This document shows positions 50,001 to 62,151 of a DNA stretch of 64,000 nucleotides, piece after piece. The stretch's first letter is position 1, and every line of letters begins with the position of its first letter. The position numbers and the translations under genes are program-made. The notes under the pieces were generated by a model. The model was not told where the DNA came from and made no database searches. It worked only from the letters and a program-made list of their open reading frames with translations. Source of the DNA: Botryllus schlosseri (taxonomy: Eukaryota); the NCBI GenBank assembly GCA_051294905.1, contig CM119371.1, forward strand, positions 33,792,001 to 33,856,000. Reading direction: 5' to 3'.

Positions 50001-53000
50001 ACCCGGTGGGTCCAATGACACACGACCCGGGGACCTATGACACATATACCCTAAAAAACTCAAATGTGACTACTTTCCTTGCTCAGTATTATAATCTAAG
50101 CTACAGCAAGCCAAAGAAGAATGTTAGGTCGCAACTGTCAAAAAATAGAATAAATATTAACTCAAATGTTGTCATAAAATCACGTTTCGATTTAGGCTCG
50201 GACTTATAAATTTGAGGGTACATACATATTGTCCGAAAATCGACAGTGTGACTTCCAAATACCTCGTTATAGCGATAAAACATCATATGCAAATATTACA
50301 TAAAGATTTTCTGTACGTAGACATGTTTCATTTGTTTCATGATTAGTATGCTTGATTATTTTGCTTGATTTGGCTATTGTATCATCGGTCCCCACCCTAC
50401 GAATTTTATACATGAATCGAAAAAAATTCCACTCGAGGAAAGTACTGAAAAAATAATAGGTGCCATTATATAGCCTGATACAAGTCCTACACTTCACACA
50501 AAAAATGATTGCTGGTTTGTTCGTGTTGAAGGTTACAAAGAAAAATGTATATGTCGATCTAAATCTAGTTTACACCCCCTAAAACAAAAATCATCGGTGA
50601 GAGACCCCATTGCTCGCGCACGTCGAATTTTTCTGTATGTGAGGAAAGATTTTGCCAGCATGCAATTGTAAACAAGTTCACGGAGTGTTATCATGGAATT
50701 ATCATAGAGAATTTTCAAAGTATTTTCGGTCCCAGTGATCCATCGGTACCACATCTCCCCTAATTGCAACTGCTTCTTATACAGAGGCTCGCCAATCGTA
50801 GGTAGGACATTACTCACAACACTCTTCGAAAATACCATCTAAGAAGCTTTAGCGTATTACTGTGGTATGCGTAGGCCTACCATATTTTGAGAAGCACTGT
50901 CTAATAACTAGTTAGACAATTTGCTCAGCTTACATAGGCACCAGTCCCATTTTGTGAAATACATAATGATCAATATTTCTCGAACCGCTCTATTCGCCAT
51001 CAGTGTTGTGCGGAGGACAAAATTCCGGATATGACGAACAACCACGTCCCAGAATATAGTAATTCATGGCATATCTCGCATACCCAGGTTTAGCGGGTTA
51101 TGTATGAACAATTTGAACATACTTAGCTTTAAACAAAAAGTTGGCGCTACTTCTCAAACAACCGGCTTCAGCTCCGGCTCCACCAGAATTTTATTTGGAA
51201 CTCCGGCTCCGTTGAAAATACACGGCTCCGGTTCCGGCGCCTTGCCTACTAGTTTATTTCATGTTCAAGTATATATATAGTATATAATATACATTATATA
51301 CCAATAACGGTAAAGCTATTCATATTACAGCAGTGAAGTTTTGTAGATTTTGACTATCGGGGTTATCGGTGAAGGTGCTGGCGACCTCGGTGTTTTTCTA
51401 ATGGCACGGAATGTCAGACATCCGAAGCTAAAAACTCACCCGAAATGACATTTCCACATTTTCCGCTCCATAATCCTCCATTCCTTCGTCGAAAGTGCCG
51501 AGCGAATGAAAATATGAGGTTTTAATGGAAAACATACCTCCCACCATAAGGGGCGTAGGAATCGGATTGTCATTTGACGTTTGGGCGCTACGTGGGCGTT
51601 GACTTCCCCAAAAAGAAGTCAGGTCCCATCGGAGTGTGTAGATCGGTATGTCCCTTAGTATATTAAATAAAATAAACAGCATGATTGATGGATATAGTTA
51701 GGGCTAACCGCAATATAATTCAAGTATTAGGAGTTTTATTTTCACCGAGAAAAATAGTTTTGATGTTTTATCGTGACGTGGGAGCCGCAAAACCTCCATT
51801 GGTCGAATCACAGCATCCACAAATACATGTAGCACAAAGCTATGAGCACGTTAGCGGAATGATATTTCTGAGAAGCCGTTACGAGCCTGCAGCATTGCCA
51901 CGAAGCTCAATCAAGTGGGTATGGTCGAAAACATCAAATTATCTTTACGCAACATCCGTTTCGCGTATTTTGCCACACTTGCAACCAAGTCACGATGCAC
52001 CGAGTCACAAGTCAATTATACTTTTATAGTTGTGAATCGAGTCATTTCGAGTCATTTTTCGATCACCGCCGAGTCAAGTCCGTGTTCAAGTCAGGATTCA
52101 TGGGTCTGGGTCCTAGTCACAGTATTGAAGTTCGAGTCCGAGTCAAAGTCATTTTGTTCGCCGTTCAATATCGAGTTCAATTCCTGTTAAATTCTCATTT
52201 CACAACTCTGTTTCGGTGATATCGAATGCCGTGCATTAATTATACAGCAATTTCCTCACATTACACAGTTTCTGGACCTATGTTACAAATACCGGTACTG
52301 ATAGACGGAATACCTATGTGGTAGTTTATTGTAGGCTACTTCGAAGTTACAACGATATGCCTGTTTTGGCCGTTCGAATTTCTAGTCATGTGCGATGACT
52401 CGAGTACAAGTCGAGTCAATACGCAAATTGCTTCAAGTCGAGTTGAGTCACCGAATATCTCGACTCGAGTCATTACTATCCCAGGTTACAGTGACCTGAC
52501 CTGACCAGACTTTAAATCAGTACGAGAGCAGCTTTATATTAGAACCAGTTTGGAGTCTCGCATCGAACCTTAGACTCATATTTGGGTCGCGACCCATACT
52601 TTAAGATCCCATGTTTTACGAGGATCACGGGAAGAGAACTGAATGCTGATTTCCAACAACAATCATGTCATAACCGGGTATAATATTTGCTTCTACACAA
52701 TACAATAACTTCACACCGGTAATTTATCCGCTATAAGTCTTTTGACTGACTCTCATCTGTAGCGAATGTCAGTGATGTTGAGAATCGAAGTCGAAATGTA
52801 GGAAATAGTTGGTCACTTGAGGTAACGGAAATCAACAACTAGTAAACAGTGTGATAAGATTACAGAGAACGTTGAAGTCAGTACCACACGATCACAACAT
52901 AGCATACGGTGGCAAGTGCATATTTGATTATTGATATATTCACATGATTTCGAATTCGATTCTTCGCATTACTGACCTTGGCTACTGTTGAGAGTCAGTC

Positions 53001-56000
53001 GAAAAGCTTTTAGCGAATAAATTACGATATGAAGTAACTGTTTTGTCTTATTCTGTAGCTTCTGCTGAGCTTTATCTCACTTAGTTTTTCTGAAGCCAAA
53101 ACTGAACGTATCCGGAGGCATGTCTTCCACGACAGGGTTTACAACTACTGTCGGATCTTCAGCGATTCGCTCCAAAAGAGGTTCGAGCCATCCTTTGGTG
53201 CATTCACCTGCATGGTTAGATCGAACAACTTCATCAGAACAATGCCAAAAAATACACCCAGAATGAATGTCCTACAATGTAACGGAAAAATACTGACAGG
53301 AATGATTATATCGAAGGGAATTAATTTCGAAGTAGGCGGCTGCGGGTTAATGCATATATAGTCGCCGATTCAGCGCCAGTCCTTGGTATATGGACGGTCA
53401 TTGGACATATGGTAGTGAAAAACATCTCTACATCACCACGAACACCGTGCTGGATCAGGAACAGCCTATCCAATGTAAAATCACTTTATTGAAAAGTAGA
53501 TCGATGAGCTTGTTGAAACAAAATCTGAATAGTCACTCACAGTGGGCGTCTAAGAAGGTGATGACTTCAGCGGTGACCTTTGTGACTCCGGCCATGCGTG
53601 CAGGAACTATCCCTTTCTTTTCCTTCAACCGAACCAACTTGACGATTTTCAAACTCGGTAGGAAATCATCCAGCTTACCCTTGAGATGTTCTATGAGAAA
53701 TGAGTAATGCAGTGATTATTTTTTCTGCGCAAGTCGATGGATTATTATTATCAATACTGTGAAAAATCTATAAGATTCAGACAGAATGCGAGTTGGTGAT
53801 ACGGAATTAGTAACAACGCCTTGTCTTATTGTGCTCTTCTCTGCATCAACACATCAGATTTGATCATTGACACGAGAATACAAAATTATTGTTCATGTAC
53901 AGCAGTGGTTCTCAACCGGGAGGGGGGCGTAAGTCTCTCAGGGGCGCGAGAAATTGACAAAATCTGTATAAATAGTGACGAAACATGCTTTCCACAGCCA
54001 TTGTAAGACGATTGTTGAACATGAAACTTCTTTCCTATTCAACAAAGCTTGCCAAATTCAAACTCCAGCAGTCGCGCTCAACGGTACATACGCCGATTTC
54101 AACTTCATTTGAACAGATTTTGATATTCTTTTAAGATTTAGAGCAATTCCCACGTGTAAGTCATTCATTTCTTCATAGCTTTGGTAGTAGCCCAAAGCTC
54201 GGTGCGCTGGGTAGCTGATGTTAATAGCTGGCGAACTGCAATGCCTAAACAGGGACGGGCAACTTACGTGCGGCCCGCGGACGGTTTCCCGCCTTACATC
54301 ATAATGTGACCCATTGCCTCAGTCTACCGAAATTCCCCATACTTTATCAAACCTCAAATTTTAGTGACTGTTTGTTATTATATACGGGGGTAGAGCTTAC
54401 GCACAAGTTCGTCGGGGCGTGAAGACTTGCATTGTTGGCATTTGCCATATATTATTCCTAATGAATTGATATCTTGGTAAATTTGGAATACCGGACTTAT
54501 AGAACGCCTTTTAATTCTAATTAGGTATTGCACCGTGTGTTTTGATCCAGAGAGAAGCAGACATGGTGGCGCCTGTATGACAATGATGTTCTCAAATCCA
54601 CATTGTGTTAGTCATTATCGGCGAGAAGTGGCTTTGAAGTGACATTGCTGCTGCTGAAATACATTCAATAAATACGATTTATTCCTTGTATTTGTGGATA
54701 AATAGGCGAATAAGATATCGATTTAGCAATCCAGCCCGCCGACTGGAGAAGTTGCCCGTCCGTGGCCAAAGACAATATAGGTTGCATGGTTTCGCCCTCA
54801 ATTAGGCAACTCTAAATCAACACAATTTAATTCAATCGCAAAACTGATAAAATTTAGCATGACAGTACAGAACGACGCGGTGCTCTCTGTAGTCACTACC
54901 AGCATTAGGATTATTCTCAGTGCAACCTACCTTGAAATGAGTTGATGTCATGTTCAATGTTTTTTTTTGTTATTTTCAAACAGAGTTTTGGGGAAATATA
55001 TATGTCAGAAATGTAAAAGACTCACCAACTGGAATGATGATTCAAACTTTTGCGCAAGATATACCATATGTATACTATGTTACTACACTACTTAACTATT
55101 TGCTCTTTTTGACATGACGATAAGTGCAAGGGAGTCAGGTGGTGCAATTTTTTTGACCATCGCCAAGGGGGCGCATTTCAAAAAAGGTTGAGAACCGCTG
55201 ATGTATGGGGTCGTTCAAAAATAACTTTTTGTGATCCGGATTTCGACCATTCACTGATTAAATTGTAGGTTTACGCTTAGATACGCTGCACATCAATATT
55301 GGTTCAATTCTAGCTAGTATAAACCGCTGCAGAGCCAATTTGAATTTGTAATTAAATTACGAAAAATTGAAAACATGTTTTTTAATTTTTCTCTCGACGC
55401 CCTGAAATTGTTGAGTTGTCTTTAAAAACGACGAAAAACAAATTTGACTTAATTCCAACCAGTAAAAGCTGAGGTATTTGAGTTTTTCATTTATATTTCT
55501 TGAATTATTCAGCGGTAATGCTATTTTTGAAATTCCAGAACTTTCAACTGCAATGACTCCGCTTGTAAGGGTTGGAACTGAGTCAAATTTGTTTCGCATC
55601 GTTTTTGAAGACAACTCGACAATTTCATAAGGTTGACAGAAAATACTCACCATTTTTATTAATCTTTCATAATAACCCCGGCTTGTACTGGTTAGAATTG
55701 AACCAAATTTGATGTGCTGAGTTATTAAGGGTAACCTGACAATTTAATCAGTGAATGGCTGGAATCCGGATATAAAAGTCATTTTTGAACAGCCCTAAGC
55801 ACACAAATCGCAAATCTTGACTAGGTCAGACGTGCGATGAGCGAGACGAGAAGCAAACGAATGACGTGACGATCTTATTCTAGATTTCAAGTGCCACCAC
55901 AACGCTATGTTAAAATATCGTTTAAGAGCCTATTATTTCACGATGAAACATACCCAACGTGCTTGCGTCGTCAACAAGGATAATTTCTTTCAGAAGGATC

Positions 56001-59000
56001 TTGGGTGTCGTCTCCAGAATGCTGAATATCGTCCTCATCAGAGTGCACCAGGCCTCATTGTAAAAAGTGACGATGATCGAAGTTTGCGGCAATGGTCTTT
56101 TCCAACGTCTCACCTTACATCTTCAATGATACGGAATATGGATCCGTCTCAGATAATACTGTAAACCAGTGACTCTCGACCGGGGTACCGATTAGACTGA
56201 TCATGGGCATCGAGAGAAGATGAGGTAGACGTGGATTGCCGTCGACAATAATATTGAAATTCCGAGTCGCATTTGTGAAGCTGATGACCAGGGCAAGTTT
56301 TACAAACTTTTGCAAATTTTTTTACAGCTACCTGCAGCTTCCTAAATACTCAGAAGTTATGCAGTATGGTATTTTTCATGAAACATTTTGCAAATTTTTG
56401 CGATTTTTTACGCAACATTTTGAAGTATTTTTCGGGTTTCCATGCAACTAGCTTTTTACTGAAAATATTTGGCACTATATTAGGGTTACCATATTTTTGT
56501 CGAGCAAATTCCGGACACTCTTTAGCGCCCACTAGCGGATTTCGAAATGAGCTAAGACACATTGTCTGTCAATATGACGTCACACTAGCAAATATTTGCA
56601 AATCGAGAGAGATGGTCACTATCCGGATCAGTAGCCGCTATAATGTTTGGTCGGTGCATTTATGTGCTTGTATGTTGTAACCAGGACGGAAATAACATTT
56701 TTAAAGCCCCCTCCCGTCCAAGTAAACACTGATCTTGAGCCAACCATAGGGTAATCTATGCAACTGCTGGGGGCTTACTATATACATCTGGTTTCCATAT
56801 TCATCTGGTCGTTAACTTTTGTGAATGAAATCTGTCCATAATATTGCTTTTTCCATACATTACTATAAAATGTGATCCTCTCTCCACCCGCATGATCATA
56901 GATAGGGGTAAAGCTGGTACGGATTATGACTTCGAAAATGCAGGGAACGTAATTATACATCGTAAAATCATGTCATGTCACACGGATATGCCTATTTATG
57001 AGCCTAAATGCCATTCCGCACCACCAGGTTGCACATCCGATGGTTTCCAAACTTTTATAGTCGCGACTCCATTTCCAATTTTAAAATGTTCTGTGGGCCA
57101 GCTTAAAGTTTTATAAGCTGATTACTACGGTCAGCACCTTTTCCCAGACTTACTCACTCTTCGCGAATGAAGGCACACGACCCCCAGGTTCAGAGCCACT
57201 ATCTTTGAATAAAGCATCTAAATGGCCTTAACCGAATCTAGGAATATAACGTTCTCCTATAGTTGCGATTACAATTAAACTAATTATTTTAGGAAACGAT
57301 GGAGATTTATATTTATTTTTGATTGCATGTATTGCGAGAGCGGTGGCACACATATTCAAACCAATGAATGGGACACTAAATCGCGAACAACGCGAAGAAA
57401 AATTTCAAGTGGCATAAATCTGCCCAAAATAATATATATCGTTTATGTTAATTTACGAAATAAAATTGATCATATTTCAAGCCTTCTAAATTCCGAACAT
57501 TTGTGCATATTTTAGAATTTTCTCCCGGACGCAGTTTAAACGGTGAAATTCCGGACATGTCCGGGAAATTCCGGACGTATGGCAACCCTATGATATATTC
57601 AATCAAGACTGATTTTCTCAGCATTCTATGTTATAATAGCTTCCATATGAGTGCCGTACACAAAAAAGCTAAATTGTAACTTGAATGATATGTTAGATCA
57701 ACTTCTACAAGATAGCTCATGTACAGACCTACACAACATTCTATCAATTTTACGATTGAATGAGCCAGAAAAGCTTGTTATTTATCATGCGCAAACTTGA
57801 AAAGCTGGAAATTGAATTTAAAATCTTGAAATTGTGATGTAGGCTACTCGGATATATGCCAAAATCACTTGATGCAAATTTCTGTCATATCTAAAAACTG
57901 AAATAAACCATTAATTTGTTTAAGGGCTACTGACATGGAGTTGGCCTATTACTGAAAATGAATAGAGTACGGTACTTTGAAACAAAGGATGCACTTCTTA
58001 TCGATGCAAACATTTGATCATCTACCCCTCTTTACGATACAATATTTCACATGGATGCATGGATATCCATGGTTATTCGCAATATGATAACTGAAAATCG
58101 CGTAAATGTAGGACCCATCCTTAATCAAATCAAAGTCAGCATTTTTACCGGGTGCAGAAATTTAATGATCGACAACCTTTTACGGTATCATATTTTACAT
58201 GGGTACAGATATTCTCACGGTTATTCGCAAAATGATAACCATAAATTGCGGTAATGTAGGAGGGCCCCCTCAGTAAAATTAAAGTCAGCTTTTCTAACGG
58301 CTGCAGAAATTTAATGATCGATCACTGTTTACGGTACCATATTCTACATGGGTGCATGGATTTTCACGAATATTCAAAAAATGATAACTAAGAAATGAGA
58401 ATTGATGATTAAGCACTTTTTACGGTACCATACCATATTCTTTATGGATACAAGAATTTCCACGGTTATTAAAAAATGGTAATAGTTGACAAAAAGTGCG
58501 TAAACCGAGTGGGGGTCGAAAGTGCGTAAATCAACCAGGGTAGCCTTGGGCGACTGCCCACATCGCCCCCTCCAAAAGTCACCACTGTGTAGATAGGTAT
58601 ACATCACATAAATTTGATCAACTTGTCAAGGCTTCGTATTCGATCCTCTATATTGGCTGATAATAACTGATATTGTATACAGTTACTCACGTATTTTATT
58701 AGCAGTTCTTCGTGTGTATGAGCGATACAACACCGTGTTGCATGTATATTTAACTTTGTATTATATTTGTGTTATTTCATTCCAGATAAATGGCCAATTA
58801 TTCGGTCCTTCACACAGTCAGCAAAATGTAATGACTTTGCATCATCACTCATACCTCGAAAATTCAATTGACTTGAATCGTGACTTGATATGATTTGATT
58901 TGACTCGACTTGACTCGAAACACCTCCGAAAAGTGTGTGACTTGACTTGACTCGAGTCAACTTTGAAAATCAATTGAATTGACTTGATTTGACTCGACTC

Positions 59001-60846
59001 AAAATGTGTGATGACTCGAGATGACTCGTGACTCGAACGTAGTGACTTGATCCCAACACTGCTGTAGACTGACATAGAAATCTCGACTTACTCATCCGGC
59101 CTGCCGTCGGTGAGGGTTCTGTGCAAAGATATTTTCGAGCAGACGAATTCATTGAATCTGTACGTGTCGTATCCCTGCTTTATACGAAGTGCATCTTCCT
59201 GGCTTGGGTTAGGTACTGTGTAGCCCGCCCCGTTCTTCCCCGGATAATCGAAATCAAATATTGGCCTTTTAATCCACGGGAGTAACTCTTCTTCGGTGTA
59301 GAAGTCTTGATTCTAATATAAAGTGACATGCGCTGGAAGTGATAGGTTTTACGTAATTTTGGATTAATGCGGCGTATTTCCTGTCACGTGGAATATACAG
59401 TCATAATTCCCATTCAAGTTTGGGCAGCGCGTATAGCTCGCGTATTGTATAGGAGCTAAGTCAAACCTGAATTGAGTATCATTTTTTTTATTCGAGTCTA
59501 GTATGGTCACGGGCGATATTTTCTAGTGCCGAATTTTGCTACTACGAGAAATTGATCAACGATAGTCATAGTTTTGGATCTCTTTACCGTCGTGGAAGCG
59601 TTGAAATCCCGCGATAGTCCATTAAAGCATGTAGCACGAACGTGCAATTGTTCATGGGGAATGGACACGATCAAAGTGTAAAGCATAGGGATCGAACTGC
59701 AGTATTGTCTCATTAGAGAGACATCCAGATATGTCACAGTTGTGTATTCGAGATGAAAATAATTTTTGAATGAGTTCAACCAGCATTGTTTCCTTTTTGG
59801 TGTCAAACACATGTGTGTCGTATATTTGTTTCGTCATGAATGGCATTCAAATAGGAATAAAATTATGCAGTACTCGATTTCGACCACCTCACAAAAAAAG
59901 AGAAAATCGACCATACTGATACTGTTATTTGGAACCCCATACCAACATGCATTCGGAACCTTCCCTAACCCTAATTAAATAAAGGAATTAATCCACCTCC
60001 TTCTCGGCTTTTGTTCGCCCCTTATGGGCCTTATTCCACCCCAAATTTGCAGTTTCTGTAAAATTAAATTATTTATCCCAGTCAACCACAGCCAAATTTC
60101 AGAATAACATATGTATTTGTTGAATGCCGCTTGTGATCGGATCAGTTGACCCTATCCAGAGTCATATCGACCACACCTTTCTTTGTTTTCATTTTCATGC
60201 CCCAACGGGATTTTATTTTCGGTTGGACGAACCAATAAATCTTTCGTTATCTCTCCCTCTCTCTCTTAGTATTTGCGAAGCCCTAATTTCGTGTCACAAC
60301 GAATGACTCTGCCCTGCTTGAAGACTGCACTATGCGGACTGAATGGAAAACCAGTAACCCTCCTTATCGAGATAATTTGGTGTCATTTATGCTTAGCTCC
60401 AAAGAAAACATCCTCCAGCCGTATCCGTAGGGATTATTTTCCTCAGTTAAACATGCTATTTGGGCGCTCTGGTTACATTAGTAGATACTAAACTATACCT
60501 ATCGTTACTCGTATCTTACGGAATTCTCCTCGGCGGTTACGACATTCTTTTGGGTATTCCATTCCCATCTTCTATTCATTTCTTCAACATCGTTACTGTT
60601 TTGTAAAGCTTCGGCGACATCTTTATTGTTTATGAACGACGTTGTGTTGTGTTTCGCTTGGTCCGACATGACAGTGCTCATCAGGCGAGGTTCAGCGACA
60701 TCTTCATTGTTTACGAACGATGTTGTGTCCCCTTTCGCATGGTCCACAATAACAGGGGCCATCAGGTCAGCATTCAACACAGATACAGCTATATAGGCGA
60801 TCCATGTCAATGTCAGTATAACAAGCACCCTCAAAATCTTTCTCAT
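34900..60846 (-). CDS. GALNT: Spliced gene: polypeptide N-acetylgalactosaminyltransferase (GT27), ~630 aa; exons 60846-60520, 59312-59092, 56120-55954, 53690-53541, 53207-53081, 51653-51440, 49394-49218, 41832-41698, 35875-35774, 35689-35561, 35043-34900
   Basis: Joined exons total 1893 nt (631 codons) with consistent phases. N-terminal TM, [82 protein letters not shown] and a three-repeat ricin-type lectin domain. The symbol is family-level; I did not assign a paralog. Confidence 0.93.
35561..35689 (-). CDS. GALNT: GALNT coding exon 10 (lectin beta repeat)
   Basis: EFRNDRNCLQP...VILRQC...DQRW. Confidence 0.85.
35774..35875 (-). CDS. GALNT: GALNT coding exon 9 (lectin alpha repeat)
   Basis: LCLDTAG...LLECHGINEKQ; donor gtaag. 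Confidence 0.88.
36101..37467. mobile_element. hAT element with nested MITE at 36761-37139
   Basis: TIR CAGTGGTTCTCAA; TSD CCTTAGAA; nested TAGGGTTACCATA MITE with TSD GCGTTAGT/GCGTTAAT. Confidence 0.88.
37602..38054. mobile_element. TAGGCTTACCATA MITE
   Basis: Perfect 13-bp TIR; perfect TSD TTCAACTT. Confidence 0.9.
38568..38963. mobile_element. TAGGGTTGCATTTAAAAC MITE
   Basis: 18-bp TIR with one mismatch; AAACA repeats. Confidence 0.8.
39653..40180. mobile_element. AGGGCAAGTTTT MITE
   Basis: Inverted termini; related left part at 56289-56480. Confidence 0.7.
41698..41832 (-). CDS. GALNT: GALNT coding exon 8
   Basis: [29 protein letters not shown]; cag acceptor, gtgagg donor. Confidence 0.92.
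43344..43450 (+). mobile_element. tRNA-derived SINE (degenerate)
   Basis: A/B boxes (GGTTCGATTCCC); matches the head of 62600-62878. Confidence 0.7.
44130..45319. mobile_element. hAT element, relative of 17521-18811
   Basis: TIR CAGAGGTGGTCA; perfect TSD AGCACAAT. Confidence 0.92.
49218..49394 (-). CDS. GALNT: GALNT coding exon 7
   Basis: IWLCNGSMEIHPCSHVGHMHR...RNSVRVAEVWMDDYK. Confidence 0.92.
51440..51653 (-). CDS. GALNT: GALNT coding exon 6 (Gal/GalNAc-T motif)
   Basis: [42 protein letters not shown]; donor gtgagt. Confidence 0.92.
53081..53207 (-). CDS. GALNT: GALNT coding exon 5
   Basis: [35 protein letters not shown]. Confidence 0.92.
53541..53690 (-). CDS. GALNT: GALNT coding exon 4 (DxH motif)
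   Basis: HLKGKLDDFL...GIVPARMAG...VITFLDAH; donor gtgagt. Confidence 0.92.
53903..55200. mobile_element. hAT element with nested MITE at 54249-54765
   Basis: TIR CAG(T/C)GGTTCTCAACC; nested CAGGGACGGGCAACT/AGTTGCCCGTCCGTG element is absent from the paralog at 23507-24357. Confidence 0.82.
55206..55797. mobile_element. Diverged palindromic MITE of the 3063-3681 superfamily
   Basis: Long imperfect inverted arms ending TTTTTGAACAGCCCTA. Confidence 0.75.
55954..56120 (-). CDS. GALNT: GALNT coding exon 3
   Basis: [53 protein letters not shown]; donor gtatgt. Confidence 0.92.
56481..57590. mobile_element. TAGGGTT(A/G)CCATA hAT element with TCCGGAC repeats
   Basis: Both TIRs present; inserted into an AGGGCAAGTTTT-family element. 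Confidence 0.75.
58031..58470. repeat. Diverged ~149-bp tandem repeat (2 full and 2 partial units)
   Basis: TTTACG(A/G)TA..ATA unit starts at ~58031, 58179, 58328 and 58418. Confidence 0.75.
59092..59312 (-). CDS. GALNT: GALNT coding exon 2
   Basis: PGKNGAGY...GYDTYRFNEFVCSKISLHRTLTDGRP matches the family pattern PGE.G...FN...SD.ISL.R.LPD.R. Confidence 0.92.
60520..60846 (-). CDS. GALNT: GALNT coding exon 1 (signal anchor and stem)
   Basis: MRKILRVLVILTLTWIAYIAVSVL...; upstream acceptor ctacag; donor TCC|gtaag. Confidence 0.85.
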
Positions 60847-61802
60847 GATATAGTAGGCCTATCTGTAGCCACATTAGATAAATGCATCGATGTAGTAAAG
60901 CACTACGACCACAATTAGAATGGTACATTGGAACCGCCAATGCTTATGAAGAGTACATACATACTCTTCGTGGGTTCGAAGTATCGGTGTGATTGTCATG
61001 AGTTCGCGAATACTAATATCGACGCGTGTTCTGACTAAGCCTGGAACGATACACTCGCACGATTCTTGGTCTGTTTACGCTGCAAATTTTGTCTGCGTCC
61101 CTAAAATGAATGTTTTGACTCCGGGTGAAAGTTGCCATCCCAAGTGACAAGCTGATTCTCTCTTCTACAGCGTAGACTGGGGATTTTCTCAAACTTTCAT
61201 ACCTGCATGCCTTTTTTATAACTTTACCGACATAATTTTGAGAACCATTTTAGTGCCAATAAAATATTAGACTCCAGAGAAGAATATGCTAGAACGGGCT
61301 AACATGGGAACATTGAATCAATAAATGAACTCTGGGTACAATGTTAACTAAACGGATGAGTGGTTCACTGGATCTAATTAATGCATCTTAGAAAGACATA
61401 GATAAAAAGAAGGAGGAAAAGAAGACAAAATAGGGATATTTAACGGCGCACGAAATGATTCATATTAGTCGTTGAGTTAAAAAAAGGTAAGGGGTCGGAC
61501 AAGGGGTGATACCTGCATAAATGTAATCGATGGCGATAACCATTGCTTCTGAATCGCGTGAATACGATTACGGCAAAATCTGGAAGTAGTCGATTACGAT
61601 TCGATTTGAAAAGTAATCATTGGTACAGCACGATTACATTTTTTCTGCTTATATGAACTGAAGCCTTGAACACATATTCGTGGACGACATAACGATTGCG
61701 ATGAAACTGCCTCATGAGAGAACAAAATTTTCTGGAAAATGTGACGTCATTTGCTTATTACATCACGATCACGATATATCGATTGTCCAATTTTATGTAT
61801 GA

Positions 61803-62151
61803 TACGGTCACCATACGTCCTCTTTTAAGAGGATTTGTCATCTTTTTTCAATTTTTTGAAAGTGTCCTTGAAGGACGCCCAAATGTCCTCGTTTTTAAGA
61901 TTTTGTCTTCTTTTTTGAGAATATTGATTAAATATAGGACAAAATTCGACTGAAATACAGGAAATCAGCATTGAAAAAACACCCCGGTGGCTATTTCGGG
62001 AGCTGAACCGGAAATAAGACTTTTTATTTCAGTCAACCGAACACGAAGTGGACAAAATTTATCATACTTTCGGAATTTTCCTCCGGTATTGCAATTCTGA
62101 AAATTTTGGAAAAGTGTCCTCTTTTCAGATTTCCAAAATATGGTAACCCTC
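61803..62151. mobile_element. TAGGGTTACCATA-family MITE (reverse orientation)
   Basis: Reverse complement of the 16767-17153 and 37602-38054 family. Confidence 0.8.
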
